Shown: positions 23,901 to 35,503, counted from the first letter of the whole stretch. The stretch: DNA of 61,533 nucleotides, filler included, from 9 parts of 9 records of this genome joined end to end with filler, not necessarily neighbours in it; one strand, 5' to 3'. The notes: a model not told the origin generated them from the sequence alone. Translations and numbers: made by a program.

Positions 23901-25736
23901 GCTGAGCAGGGCAGCAGGCGAGACAGCAGCCGCTGCAAACTGCACAGCAAGCCGGTCTTTGTCTACAAAGTTGAGACACAGCGGCCATCGATTGTAATTC
24001 AACAACTGGTCTCGGATCGTACTCCCGTTCCGCACCCACATACCTGTCCGGATCTGAGCTGCCAGCACAAACGTCCGGATGGGTGCTTCCATCAGCCGAA
24101 GTGCCAGTGGCTCAGTGAGCTCAGATTCAAGCACAGCCTTCACAGCACGTGACCCGTGCACATCGATTGAGCAGAGGGTGGCAAGAATGGACGCGATGAA
24201 CCGCTCGGCCAGGTTGTGGAACGTAGCGGGCTGGCTGGCGACGTTGTATGGCTCGAGTGTGGCGCATTGCCAACGGTGGTTGGCATGCAGACATGTTGGG
24301 GCAGGTTGCCCGAGCATAGCTGCAGTGGGGCGGAAGAAAACATCTAACAGCTGCTCGGCCGCTGTGAGCACCTGCGCCTCCCCGTCGAAGCTCCGGATGC
24401 AAGTAGTCACGCTGCAGACTAATTTGTCGAGGGTCGAACTAAGAGTGAGTCCCAGGTTAAACGCTGTCATCCATTCACTGCTCTCGTACACCACATGCTG
24501 ATCAACAGCCCTCGTCTGCAGATGCAGCCACCGCAGGTGCGCCAGCAAGCCCACCAGTTGGCGTATCTCAGCGGCCAGTTCAGGCTGTTGGACAATTGCG
24601 AGTGAGAAAGTCGGATGTGAGAAGCAATACTTAAGGTCCTTAATCACAGGCGTGTAGCTCTTGGTTTCTGGCAGGGCCCCCGCCTCGTCGAGCGCTAAAC
24701 TGGGTGGGAGCTGATCTTTGAGCACAGCCACGATCGAGCCGAGCAGGCCGTGTTGGGTGACCAGCTGTCGGATGTGCGTTTCTCTGTTTAGAAACTGCAC
24801 CGAGAATAAGAACAAATTGGCCGAATTGTTCTTTGCAAGCAGCTGATACTGAGCGGCATAGACGCGCCCAAAGATCTTCTTAAATTCCGAATCGACCAGC
24901 AGCTGAAGCATTAACTTGTCGCTCAACGCCACCACAGTCGACGACAGCCTGGGTTGCTCAGAAACCATCAGAGTGAGCAGTGAAGGCTCACCGAGCTCCA
25001 TTGCAGAGATCACGAGCCGCGCCAGGCCGTCAGCCGCCTGGGCTGCCCGAATCAGCCACAGCAACAGGCCGTCCATCAGCTGCTGCCCGTCTGTTGGTGC
25101 CGCCAGCCTGCGCTGGAGCTCCGCACCCACGGAGCCGATTACAACTCGCGCACATTGCGCCAGCCCAGGCTCCAAATCATCCACGGGATTGTGGTCCTCC
25201 CTCCGCCCGTGCTTGTTGCAGAAGCCTGCCCGCCTGTGAGCGCGCTGCCCCGGAGTCTGGCCGCACCCCGCGGGTCCCAGGCCGACGGGTCGCCGCAGTC
25301 GCAGCAGCCCTGGGTGTTGGAGTAGAAGAAGAAAACTTCGTGCCCCACGTGGTCCGACGCGTGGAAGCAGTCGTTGCACAGCACGCACGTCTCGTCCGCC
25401 TGGCCCGGCTCAGCCCAGACCAGCCGGCTCGCTGACCTGGCAATCGCGGCAGTTCCACACCAGATCCCCGTCCTTGAAGCAGTAGCTGCACACTGCCTGC
25501 GGGGTCTCGATTGCGTCCACCAGCAGCCCGGCCTCCGCCTCGCTCACCTCCGGCCGGTGCGTCCAGAGCAATCGATCCAGCCCACCGGCCAACGGTTCTG
25601 GTTCCAGGCCCAGCCCCAGCAGCTCCGAGGTGAGCCGCGCCACAAGCCCCGCGGTGTCGAGCGAGCCGTCCCTCCGGAGCTCCGCCATCCGGTCGGCCAG
25701 CCGCCAGCCCGCCGCGGGCTCGCTCGCCTCCTCCAT
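20947..25736 (-). CDS. UBR-box RING E3 ubiquitin ligase (N-recognin, UBR1-3/PRT6 family), multi-exon
   Basis: UBR box: CSYCF...NCRDC...CVLCNDCF...H.GH...GCCDCGD...FCNKH. It also has WVRNG, a RING (CMIC...CGHFVHHSC...CPLCK) and the C-terminal PALCLVCG. Introns include 25400-25436, 25226-25266, 23564-23618, 23315-23365, 22515-22559 and a GC-AG intron at 21013-21052 that gives the terminal exon VAAKVVLARSSSDRVIRENFY*. Confidence 0.9.
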
Positions 25737-25954
25737 GCCTCAAGGGGCTAATCCAGCAGCCACTGCTGCCCTATGGCCGTGCCCGCCAAGGAACACGATC
25801 GCCACTGATTTGGCATGGAGCTTGCAGGTCGGCAAAGTACTTGCATGCGCAGCTGGTATTTATAAAGTCAGCTTACGAAATCTAAATATTAAAGTTGGCC
25901 TTAATTGAATGGACGAATCACAAGCTACGCCCGCCTGGAATGCGCGGACATTTA

Positions 25955-27297
25955 TCAAGCGAGCTGCCAGGGCAGTTGTTGCCGCATCAGGTACCCGCAC
26001 TCACTCGAAGAACACCGCTCTTCTATTTGAACCCTCGTAGGCATGCTCGGCATTGCCCCGGGCACTTCCACCGCCAGCGAGCCGGCCGCGGCCGCCCAAC
26101 GCAGCGCTTGAGGAATCTCCAGCCCCAGCCCATACCTTGCGGCGACAAACGACCCACGGAAGCAGTCGCCGGCGCCGGTAGTATCGGCCGGCTTGCCGTC
26201 GGCCGTCTGGAGACGGAACACACCCATCGCGGTCTCGGGGCCGTCCCTCCCGAAATATATTGAGCCGTGCGACCCGAGCGTGACCAGCACCTCCACGAGC
26301 TCGTTCGGCGGGCTCGCGGCAGCAAACTTCTCCCGTAGCGCTGTGACCGCCTGCCGGACCAGAGCCAGATCGAGGCCGTCCGGTCCCGTGGTGGCAACCC
26401 CGGAGATCCAGCTCAACTCGCCTGCGCCTGCCGTGAGCTATTGCGCACCGGGCGGCGTACTCTCGTTGGGTGCAATTAATGAGACGTAGCCCATCAGCTT
26501 TGGATCGAGCGGAGCGTCAGTCCCGCCGACGTCCATCACCACCGGGACGCCCGCCTGGTGCGCCGCGCGCGCTACCTCCAAATTGACCCTGTCCGGCACT
26601 TCTCGTTGGAGCATGACCACCGCTGCCTCGCGCACGGCTGCAGCCAGCGGGCTCGGGAGGTCCTGAGGCCAGCTCTGATTGGCGCCGCCTACCAGCACGA
26701 TCGAGTTCTCCCCGCCTGTGTAGATGAAGATGAATGCCGTCCCAGTCGGCCCTGGCACCAGCCCACACCGTCCGAGCTCCACACCGCTCCTGCCACCCGG
26801 CTCGGCAGGTCCGCGGCGGGGGGCGACCTTTGGAAGTCGCTCAGCAGCTGCTGGTTGGCGGCCTCGGAGGCGGCCCCGAAGTTGCCAATGAATTCGCTCA
26901 CGCATCTCCCACCGGCGCACGAGAGCCCGGCGGCTGCGGCGGTGTTGGCGCCCTTGCCGCCGGTTACTTGGGTGAACGGGCCGGGCAGCGCGAGCATCAG
27001 GGCCTCTTCGTCTCCGGGGGCGACCGACTCGGGCAGCTGGGCCGCGATCTGTGGCTGCCGTACCCAGGAGCCGGCCGGCAGGGTCTGGCCGACGCACGAG
27101 CTGATGTCCAGGCTGACGTCGGGGCTGAGCGGCAGGTTACCGCCGGCCACCGGCTGGAGCAGATCCACGTTGATCGAGCCCACCACCAGGATCCGCGCCG
27201 GCTGGGCCTCGCCGCGCGCCGGGGACGGCAATGCTGCCAGCCCGACCGCCGCGGCTGCCGCCCCGGCGATCCTCCCGCACCGAGCTGCCGCCAGCAT
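25955..27297 (-). CDS. RBKS: Ribokinase (pfkB family); introns 26790-26827 and 26422-26460
   Basis: VVGSINVD, GGKGANTA, GENSIVLVGGAN, PNESE (restored by splicing), VTLGSHG and DTTGAGDCF. Confidence 0.85.
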
Positions 27298-27342
27298 CGG
27301 GCCAAAGTAAAAGTTGCAAAAGAGCTTGCAGCACCCAGGGTT

Positions 27343-27442
27343 NNNNNNNNNNNNNNNNNNNNNNNNNNNNNNNNNNNNNNNNNNNNTTAATTAATTAANN
27401 NNNNNNNNNNNNNNNNNNNNNNNNNNNNNNNNNNNNNNNNNN
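27343..27442. other. Artificial contig linker
   Basis: N44-TTAATTAATTAA-N44. Confidence 0.98.
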
Positions 27443-28698
27443 GTGCCGTAAACTGAGTTTACGAAGAAGCGGCGCGAGCTCACTATGCGACCGGAGCTGT
27501 TCCGGCAGGCCGAGCAGTCGGTGCACGCCACAGAGGAGTTGAACGAGCTGCTCGAGCGGACCACCAGCAGCCTGGGCACGACCCGCCGGCACAAGCTCGA
27601 CGCAGCGATGGCACTGAACAGGCAGCCGGCTATCTCAGAGCTGGCCTCGACGATCTGTATAAGCTGTTCCACATGCAAGGGATTACACTGAACAAGATCG
27701 AGATCAAGGAGATCATGGATCACTTTGATTTCAACATGGATGGCTCGATGAACTGCGTCGAGTTGACCCATGAGCTGCTAGATCTACCCCTCCCGTCACA
27801 TGTGAGGCATGGTCTTCCAGTGCCTAGACGTCATTTCCGCCCCAAGCTTGGCCCTAGGACACGGCAGCTCATGGAGCTGCTTCGACAGCAGTCTCGTCGA
27901 GCTGCGGTGTCACACAAGAAGCTTGACCACATGTTCACAGTCTACGACAAGGATGGCAGTGGCTCTATTGCTTACGACGAGATTGATTCTATGGTCAAAG
28001 AATTTCATCTCGAAATCGAGGGAGCAGATGCGGCTGCAATGATATTAGATAAGTTTGCGCCAACCGGAGCAATGTCGTACGATGACTTTTGCACGAAAGT
28101 AATAGGTTTGCCTTCAGGGAGTCACAAAAACAAGGTACTAGACCCAGAGGTGGAGAGGCTGAATCCGCAAAATCTTCGCGATCAAATCGCCACAGCCATA
28201 AAAAAGAAGGTCTACTGTAATCCTTCTGCAATCAAGAAGGCATTTGTCATGTTCGACAAAGATGCTGGTGGAGAAATCTCAAAGATTGAGTTTCATGACG
28301 GTTTCCGCAGCTTGAAGCTACCAGCAACAAGCAAACAGATCACACAGCTTTTCAATGATTTTGACGATCAGGACGAAGGCTACTTGAGGACTCCCGATTT
28401 TGCGAGGATCAGCCTTGAGGTAGACAGCGAGGCTGAAGCCCTTGCGAAGCCTAGGAATACTCCCAAGGCAGCTACACCAGATCGACCTAGAGGCGCTCTT
28501 GCAATGCAAATTGGTGCAAATTCAGGTACGTTGTCCAGGCCTGCATCCACAGCAGCTCGACGTTTGCTCGAGCCCCTTAAGGAAGTTACTAGTCCCGCAA
28601 GACCAAGTGCGCGACTCTCCCGTGCAGCAACAGCAGCTCCAAACCATGTCGGTCCTAGGCCAAGGACCATGTCGAGGCCGGCAAGTGTCGCTGTATGA
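27443..28698 (+). CDS. Multi-EF-hand calcium-binding protein, 5' partial
   Basis: EF-hand loops DFNMDGSMNCVE, DKDGSGSIAYDE, DKDAGGEISKIE and DDQDEGYLRTPD. One upstream intron near 27575-27640 is unresolved. Confidence 0.85.
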
Positions 28699-28982
28699 GA
28701 GTCTACAGGTCATAGTCTGTCCCTTGAACTAATTGCTTGGCCAAGCGGCTAAGGCACCTGGTCTGAGATTACGCTGTGGCCACGTTAGGACTAGTTAGGA
28801 CGAAACTGCGTATGTAAAATCACGATTAAAAGCTTCGAGCGTTTCAGTCATACAGCACATGTATTAAATTATCATCAAATTTGGATGACACCTTGATTTC
28901 AAATTAATTGAGTTCATTGATGAATCGCGCACAATGTCGCGACCATCGTTTGCTATCACCGATTTGCCGCAATTGTTATGTA

Positions 28983-31900
28983 TCAATAACCGAGGCCAAG
29001 ATCACAAGGTTTCTTCGCACCTGACATCGCCGCTGCTAAAGTTTTCACCACAGCGGCAGCCCTCTCCTCCTCTATGCCGGGAAGTCCAATCCCGCCACCA
29101 TAGTGCGGCGTCATCAGGCAATTTTCAAGTGTGTGGAAATCGAATTTGCTCGAACGGAAGTTTTGTGTGCTGGCATCGTCTGCAATGCCCATAACTCCGG
29201 GTTCCTGCCACCACACCTGCCCCACTGTCAGGTGTGCGTTAATTAAGGGCTTTTTTACGTCAGCAGCATAGCCCAGCCGTCCACTACTGACATGTTGCCA
29301 CAGGGCCTCCTCATCAACCAGCTCAGCCCTCGCAACATTGACGATGTTGCACCCGTCGGGACAGGCCTGCAGCATGGCGGCATCAAGCAGGCCGCGTGTC
29401 TCTTCAGTGAGCGGTGCAGTGAGGATCACTGCATCAGCTTGGTGCAATAAATCGCGCAACATGCCCGCAGGGTGTACTGTCACACCTTGGTCGCACTCTG
29501 GCTCCACGACACTCCTCCGTGTGGCCAGTACTGTAACGCCCATCGCTTGAAGCGTTCGAGCAACGTGCCAGCCCACTGACCCGAGGCCTACCACTACAGC
29601 TGTCTGACAGTACACCAAGCGGCACCCAGATTCAGGGCTCTGTGAGCGCTTCTTAAAGCTCCAGTCACCAGAGCGGCATGTTCGATTTGCCGTCATGAGT
29701 CGCCTGTTGAGCGCCAGCAGTAGCATGAGTGCAGTCTCCCCAGTGGCTCTGCAGTTGTGGTGCACATTGTACACGCCCCCAGGGACTCCGGCAGATTCTT
29801 CAACTGCAGACTTCACGCTGGTGGGGATGCCTGCATGTGGAATCACAATCATGCCAGGCTTGTGCTGTCTGATCCACTCAGCCTCGATATTCTTGCCAGG
29901 TATGAGTGCGGCTGTCAGGTTGGATGGCGGCATGGCTGGGGGACAGGTTACTGTCCAGTCAAGCCCTTGTGACTGCACTTGCTCGGCTACCAGGCCGGCC
30001 AGAAGTGGCCAAACTCTGGCTGCGCTTGGGTGGACATATAGCTCAACTCTGCTGGAGGCTTTGGTGCAAACGAGCTGCCAGGCAACAAGAGCAAGCACCA
30101 CACGACAGGCCACAGCATCTGGCCCGGAGCTTACATCAAACATATCTTGGGCATCCTGCAGGTAAGGGTGCAACGAGCCACCAGCCAGCACTCGCTCCAG
30201 CGCATTGGTACATGAGACACAGAGGGCTTGACCAGCAGCTAGTTGAACCTCGTCGATTCCCCCCAACATTGTCTGGGCTGGTCGCTTCAGCCCTCTGACC
30301 AAGGCTAGCTCATCCACTGTGGGAGCCTTGAGGTCCAAGTGCAACCTCACCAGAGCCATCAGCAGCAAGGAATGAGCCTCAAGCCGCTCACTAGGCTCAA
30401 GCTCGCCCGCTTCGGAGCAGCACAGCACTTGAGGATCACCGATGCACCCCAGCTCATCCACAAGCCGTTGTCGCATGTGCTCACTCCCACTGTCAGCCGC
30501 CAATCTGCAAGGAGCGGCCGCCTGATACTCGCTGGCAAGCAACCCGATGGCTTCAAGCTCTGAGTCGACCCAAGGAATGTCCGAGCCCCTGCCCCTCGCT
30601 TCCAGCTGCAGCCGGACACAGCGGCGCGCCAGCTCGAGCAAGTGGAGCCGAGTGCCGATGTGGTTCAGGTTGTATCGCATGACGCCGCCGTGCGCTGGAG
30701 TCCTCTCGAGGCCATACACCTCTCCTAATGGACCAGGGCACTGGCAGAGCACAGCCTGAATCTGCCTCAAGTCCTGGCCACTGAGCTGCAGCTGAGCTGC
30801 AGCATGGGTGCTGTCCAGGTGACGCGAATCGCGCGCGCCAACAATGAGACACCCAACCGCCGGTCGGGAGAGGACCCATGCTGAGGCGACCATGGCGATC
30901 GTAGCACTGTGCCGATTCGCCACCTGTCGCAGCACCTGGAGCAGATGCTGGAACCGTCCCCATCCGCCAAACTCCTGTATGATGAGCGCGTACTTGGTAA
31001 GTGACCGGTTCTCTTGCGCAGCGGCCAGGTCGGGGGAGTCGACCCCGAGCCAACGATCTGTCAGAAAGCCTCCCGCGAGCACACCGTAGCATGCCAGCCG
31101 GGCGCCGCAGTCCAAACAGAGCTGGACCATCCCATCGCTCTCCGGCCGCCGGTCCAGCAGCGAGTACTGTACCTGACTTATAGCCACAGGCACACCCGCA
31201 TCGACCATCTCTGCCATCCTGCGGGTGCTGAAGTTGGTCAACCCGATTCGCCTCACCAGCCCTTCTTGTTTGAGCCTGGTGAGTGCCAGAGCCGCCTGCA
31301 CGTAGCTGCCCGCGCCATACTCCCACCAGTGGAACTGCACCAGATCCAATTGCTGCTGCCTCAACCGGTTGAGCGACCGCAGCACAACAGCCGCCACGTG
31401 CTCGGGAGTGAGGTCTCCAAGCACACGGCGGTCAGGGACTAGCTTAGTGTGGACCCGGAGCGCCGGCTGCTTCCCGCGCGCCGCGTGCACTCCGATCAGC
31501 TCCTCGACCCCGCTGTAGATGTCTCCGCAGTCCACACAGTGGTACCCAGCCCCTGCCGCCGAGTCCAAATCTGCCACAGCTCTCTCGCTGTCGAAACCAC
31601 CATGGTGCCCGGTCGACAGCTGCCAGCCGCCCCGTACAACCACCGGGCAGTTCTCATACCCGAGCCCGTCAGCCCGTCGGATCGGCCCGGGCCTGAGCTG
31701 GTGCTGCAGCCGGCGCGCGTGCATTGTCATGATCTGGCCCATAAAGTCGAGGCTCGGCCGCTCAGCCGCACACGCCACAAGCTCCATCCCGCGCGGCCAC
31801 AAGGCCCGGTCGCAGCAGCCCAGCATCCACAGCCCGCAGTAGTACCGGGCGTAGGCCGGGGCGTCCTCCCTCGCCTGCCGAGCCGTGAACCCGTCAGGCA

Positions 31901-32351
31901 TCGGCCCAGCCGGCAGCTCCGCGGCGGCATCCCCGGCTCGCAGCACCGCCTCCACCCGCTCGGCGGCTGCATCGCCCCCGTCGGCCGGCCCGGAGCGATA
32001 CAGCGCCAGCAGCGCGTGCATCACCGGGCGTGGGTCCGCAACCGCAACAGGCAGCTCAGCGGCGGCGGCGGCAGCGGCCACCGGTCGGCGGGCCCCGTCA
32101 GCCACGTCGGCCTCCACGCGGGAGAGCAGCCGCCAAATGAGCTCCTCGGCGTCCTGTCCGTTGACGGCCAGGTCCTGCTCGAACTGGGCAGCCGCCTCCA
32201 CGAACCGACCGGCCAGGTATCCAGCCAGCCCCCGCTGCCAGAGCCGAGCACGACCCGCCGGGCCGGCCGCCGCCCACAGCCCGTCGAACAGCCGCACCGC
32301 CCGCCCGATCTCGCCGGCCGCCAGCAGCTCGGCCGCCTGCTCGGCTGTCAT
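28983..32351 (-). CDS. Three-domain fusion: NlpI-like TPR, aldo-keto reductase and D-2-hydroxyacid dehydrogenase (intron 29217-29258)
   Basis: TPR: LWQRGLAGY...QFEQDLAVNGQDAEE. AKR: DCGDIY, VHTK, QFHWW, GLTNF and QYSLLDRRPE. Dehydrogenase: GLGSVG, PLTEETRG, NVAR, DVWWQEP (after splicing) and TPH. Confidence 0.85.
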   Translation of the reverse strand: MTAEQAAELLAAGEIGRAVRLFDGLWAAAGPAGRARLWQRGLAGYLAGRFVEAAAQFEQDLAVNGQDAEELIWRLLSRVEADVADGARRPVAAAAAAAELPVAVADPRPVMHALLALYRSGPADGGDAAAERVEAVLRAGDAAAELPAGPMPDGFTARQAREDAPAYARYYCGLWMLGCCDRALWPRGMELVACAAERPSLDFMGQIMTMHARRLQHQLRPGPIRRADGLGYENCPVVVRGGWQLSTGHHGGFDSERAVADLDSAAGAGYHCVDCGDIYSGVEELIGVHAARGKQPALRVHTKLVPDRRVLGDLTPEHVAAVVLRSLNRLRQQQLDLVQFHWWEYGAGSYVQAALALTRLKQEGLVRRIGLTNFSTRRMAEMVDAGVPVAISQVQYSLLDRRPESDGMVQLCLDCGARLACYGVLAGGFLTDRWLGVDSPDLAAAQENRSLTKYALIIQEFGGWGRFQHLLQVLRQVANRHSATIAMVASAWVLSRPAVGCLIVGARDSRHLDSTHAAAQLQLSGQDLRQIQAVLCQCPGPLGEVYGLERTPAHGGVMRYNLNHIGTRLHLLELARRCVRLQLEARGRGSDIPWVDSELEAIGLLASEYQAAAPCRLAADSGSEHMRQRLVDELGCIGDPQVLCCSEAGELEPSERLEAHSLLLMALVRLHLDLKAPTVDELALVRGLKRPAQTMLGGIDEVQLAAGQALCVSCTNALERVLAGGSLHPYLQDAQDMFDVSSGPDAVACRVVLALVAWQLVCTKASSRVELYVHPSAARVWPLLAGLVAEQVQSQGLDWTVTCPPAMPPSNLTAALIPGKNIEAEWIRQHKPGMIVIPHAGIPTSVKSAVEESAGVPGGVYNVHHNCRATGETALMLLLALNRRLMTANRTCRSGDWSFKKRSQSPESGCRLVYCQTAVVVGLGSVGWHVARTLQAMGVTVLATRRSVVEPECDQGVTVHPAGMLRDLLHQADAVILTAPLTEETRGLLDAAMLQACPDGCNIVNVARAELVDEEALWQHVSSGRLGYAADVKKPLINAHLTVGQVWWQEPGVMGIADDASTQNFRSSKFDFHTLENCLMTPHYGGGIGLPGIEEERAAAVVKTLAAAMSGAKKPCDLGLGY

Positions 32352-32547
32352 CGTGGCCCTGGCAAGCCGGGCTGGCAGCTCCCCCGAAGCTCCGCGCGAC
32401 TGAGAAAAACCCGGCCGTTGACCGGTCTCGCGACGTGAGCGCGACCGGATCACGCGTTACAGTGGTACGGCTCACACGTCGCTGCTCATCACCCTTGCAG
32501 CAAGCAGGTGTCGCAGCCTAGGCTTGCACCAGCGCCCGACCAGCCAG

Positions 32548-33094
32548 ATGGGGAACTGCCAGCCCCGTCCGTGCGACCAGGACTTCTGCGTGTGCCCCCG
32601 TTGCTCTCTCGCCCGGGTGCACTCTGCCAGGATCGCCGCCAAGCGCCGGGCGGCCAAGCTCGCCGAGCTGGCCGAACAGGCCTCCAACGAGCCAATCGAG
32701 CGCACCGGCCCCCGATCGATCGGTTGGCCCGATTGGGACGATCACGGCAACCGGCCGATCGCAGAGTTCAGGGAAGTGCCCCTCCGGTGCGATTCGCGCC
32801 CGCAGCCCAAAGCGCTGGACGAGGCGGCTGCTGCCCACGGCCGGAGAGATGGCTGATGGAATGGAAAGAAGGAAGCTCGTGCCTGACGGGGTGTCTCCCG
32901 GAGCGCGAGCTGGAATTCAGTCTGCTCCGTACCGCGACACTGGCGGTCTGCGGATTGACCCCGCCAAGGCCCCGCCCTGGGGCGATCACCGGACGCATGG
33001 CCGGCACGGCTCGGAGGCCCCGGCGTCAGAGTGGCAGATGCGCAAAGTGGGCGTCCAAAGCCAGACGTGTGTAGGCCGCATGGCTGCGCACTAG
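32548..33094 (+). CDS. Small hypothetical protein with MGNC N-terminus (possible myristoylation/palmitoylation); exon structure uncertain
   Basis: GC-rich segment between two minus-strand genes, ATG at 32548, with an AT-rich spacer after 33094. Splice sites were not fixed. Confidence 0.35.
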
Positions 33095-33311
33095 CCGCGC
33101 ACCGCCCCGGTCGATGCACGCAAGGAGGCCCGCGCAGCGCACAGGGGCCACCCAAAGCTGGACCAACCCAATGATTACGAGTGTGCCCGTCGTGGTATAC
33201 GAGTCTGCGCCTGACTATCTTGCGGCATTAGCTACGAGTAAACACTCGCAGGCAAATCGGAGACATGAAATCGGATTGATTAATTATTAAAATCCCAACT
33301 TTACTTCTCTA

Positions 33312-34043
33312 TTAGTGGCGACCCTCTCGCTTTCGGCACAGCTCAATCTGCAGGATGGTCCGTTGGCCGGCTGTCACCGGCTCTATCCAGTGCTCGCACA
33401 ATTCACCGCGAAACAACGCTGCATCTCCTAGCCCGAGCTGCACACTGCGCGGCTCCGGCGGGGCCTCGCCCGCCGCCTCCCTGGCCTCGCGCGTCAGCTT
33501 GCTCTCGCCGGCCTCGAACACGTTCGCTCCGCCCGCGAAATCCCCTCGCGCCGGGTCGCGGAGCATACACACTAGTGTTATCACCGACGAATTGTCCACG
33601 TGCGGTTCAATGTGCGGGGCCGGCCGGCCGGGCTTATGGACGTAATCGATCAGCTCTATCTCCGGGTGCAGGTGTCGGGCCTCCCGCCCGTCCTGCGGCA
33701 GCCGGCGCCAGTAGGCCCGATCCACGGCCTCGCAGCACGCCAGCACCCGCGCCTTGATCTCCGGGGCAGTCTCCTCCAGCGCGCCCTCGATCCGGTGCAC
33801 CCGGTGGTCGAACGCCAGCGCGGCGTCGCGGTCGTGCCCGCACGGCCGGGCCAGAGGGTGGCTGCTGGCGGCGAGGAGAGGCTGGATCATCTCGATGCTG
33901 AGCAGCTGAGGGACGAGCACCACTCCGAGCTCAAAGTCCTCGGCCGGCCGGAGCCAACGGACTTGGTGCTGCTCCAGCCCGAACAGCGCCTGCTGACCCG
34001 GCCTGCTCGGCTTCCGGGACGCCCCTTTATTACGGCGCCCCAT
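33312..34043 (-). CDS. 2-oxoglutarate/Fe(II)-dependent oxygenase
   Basis: HxD in PHVD, FAGG, distal His in EHWIEPVTAGQR, and the Arg that binds 2OG. Confidence 0.85.
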   Translation of the reverse strand: MGRRNKGASRKPSRPGQQALFGLEQHQVRWLRPAEDFELGVVLVPQLLSIEMIQPLLAASSHPLARPCGHDRDAALAFDHRVHRIEGALEETAPEIKARVLACCEAVDRAYWRRLPQDGREARHLHPEIELIDYVHKPGRPAPHIEPHVDNSSVITLVCMLRDPARGDFAGGANVFEAGESKLTREAREAAGEAPPEPRSVQLGLGDAALFRGELCEHWIEPVTAGQRTILQIELCRKREGRH

Positions 34044-34110
34044 CGCCTTGTCTGATCGATCAACACGCCCGTGCGGTCGAGCCGCGGCCGGTCTAACGGT
34101 TTTTCGAGCT

Positions 34111-35385
34111 ATGCTGGCTATGCACCGCAAGTTGGTTGGGGGGCTGCTGGCGGTCGCGGCGGTGTGGGCCGGCTGCCGTACCGACAGCGACTGCCAACTG
34201 AACGGAGTGTGCGCCGAGCAGCAGTGTGACTGCGACGCGGCCTGGCGCGGCCCGAGCTGCCAGGAGATGGCGCTCGATGGCGACGGCGCCCTGGCCTATG
34301 GCGGCCCCGAATCCGGCCTGACCAGCTGGGGCGGCGGGCCTCCAGTGCTGGACCCAGTCCACGGCTGGACGCTGTTTGTGACCGAAATAGCCGGGCACTG
34401 CGGCCTGTCAGAGTGGAGCCACCAGTCAACAGTGGTGCGGGCCACCAGCGGCAGCCCGATGGGACCGTTCGTGCGGCAGCAAGTAGCCATCGGCGCCCAG
34501 GCGCACAACCCGTACTACGCATACGACCGCCAGACCCGGAGCCACGTGCTCTTCCATATCGGTGACGGCCACCCACGCGGCAGCCTGCGCAAGTGCACCA
34601 ACGGGACAACGCCGCCTTCGTCCGGCCACGGCTCGCGTGTAGCGCAGCGCGCGGCGATGGGATCCGGATGCCCCGGCTGCGTGAGCCCGTGCGGCAGCTA
34701 CGTCCACTACTCGTCTTCGCTGGCTGGCCCATGGCGCAGTGTGAGCGTACCGTTTAACAGAGCCAATCGAACAAGCCACGGGAGCGGCTTTGTAATGGAT
34801 AATCCGGCGCCATACATCTTCGCCAACGGCACCACCCTGGTCTTGTTCCGGAAGATCAACTCGTGCGCGGCGTCGACTCCGCCGAGCTGCGACGCGGCGC
34901 TGACAGAGATTTGGCTGGCGCGGGCGACCTCTTTCAAGGGGCCGTACGAGGTCGTTGGCGATGGCCCGATCACACGCAGCACGCGCGCGGAAGACCCGAC
35001 GATATGGCGCGATCATCGCGGCCACTTTCATGCAATATTTCACGGCCCAGGCCATGCGTGGTCGACCGACGGTGTGAGCTGGAATTTCAACGGAAGCTTT
35101 GTGGCGCCTGGAAGCCCTCCAAAGTGCAGAGAGGCCGGGGATGCGAGCGGCTGCGGCGGGCCGTATGTCAGCACGCTGCGACGGGCGGACGGCAGCGTGG
35201 AGGCGTTATACGATGCAGAGAGGCCAAGGGTCTGGGTGAATGCGAGCACAGGGCTGCCTAGTCTGCTGTTCTACTCTAGCGGAGGGCCTGACCCAACCGC
35301 CAAGGATGGCCGGGCACGAGGCATCACGGTGGTGCAGCGGATACGAACAGCCAAACTTGGTCGCATGCACAACGGTATAATGTAG
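34111..35385 (+). CDS. Secreted five-bladed beta-propeller glycoside hydrolase-like protein (GH43/32/62 superfamily) with N-terminal EGF-like module
   Basis: Signal peptide, EGF-like CQLNGVC...CDCDAAWRGPSC, then SWGG, AHNP, EDPTIWRD and ERP motifs. Confidence 0.7.
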   Translation: MLAMHRKLVGGLLAVAAVWAGCRTDSDCQLNGVCAEQQCDCDAAWRGPSCQEMALDGDGALAYGGPESGLTSWGGGPPVLDPVHGWTLFVTEIAGHCGLSEWSHQSTVVRATSGSPMGPFVRQQVAIGAQAHNPYYAYDRQTRSHVLFHIGDGHPRGSLRKCTNGTTPPSSGHGSRVAQRAAMGSGCPGCVSPCGSYVHYSSSLAGPWRSVSVPFNRANRTSHGSGFVMDNPAPYIFANGTTLVLFRKINSCAASTPPSCDAALTEIWLARATSFKGPYEVVGDGPITRSTRAEDPTIWRDHRGHFHAIFHGPGHAWSTDGVSWNFNGSFVAPGSPPKCREAGDASGCGGPYVSTLRRADGSVEALYDAERPRVWVNASTGLPSLLFYSSGGPDPTAKDGRARGITVVQRIRTAKLGRMHNGIM

Positions 35386-35503
35386 ACGCCTTCGTTTCGT
35401 AATATAAATTTGAACCTTCGCTTAGCCGCAACCGTTGCTGTTGCCCTATAATGTTTTAATATCTACGTATGTACTCATAGGATGCAATAAAGACATTGAT
35501 TGA

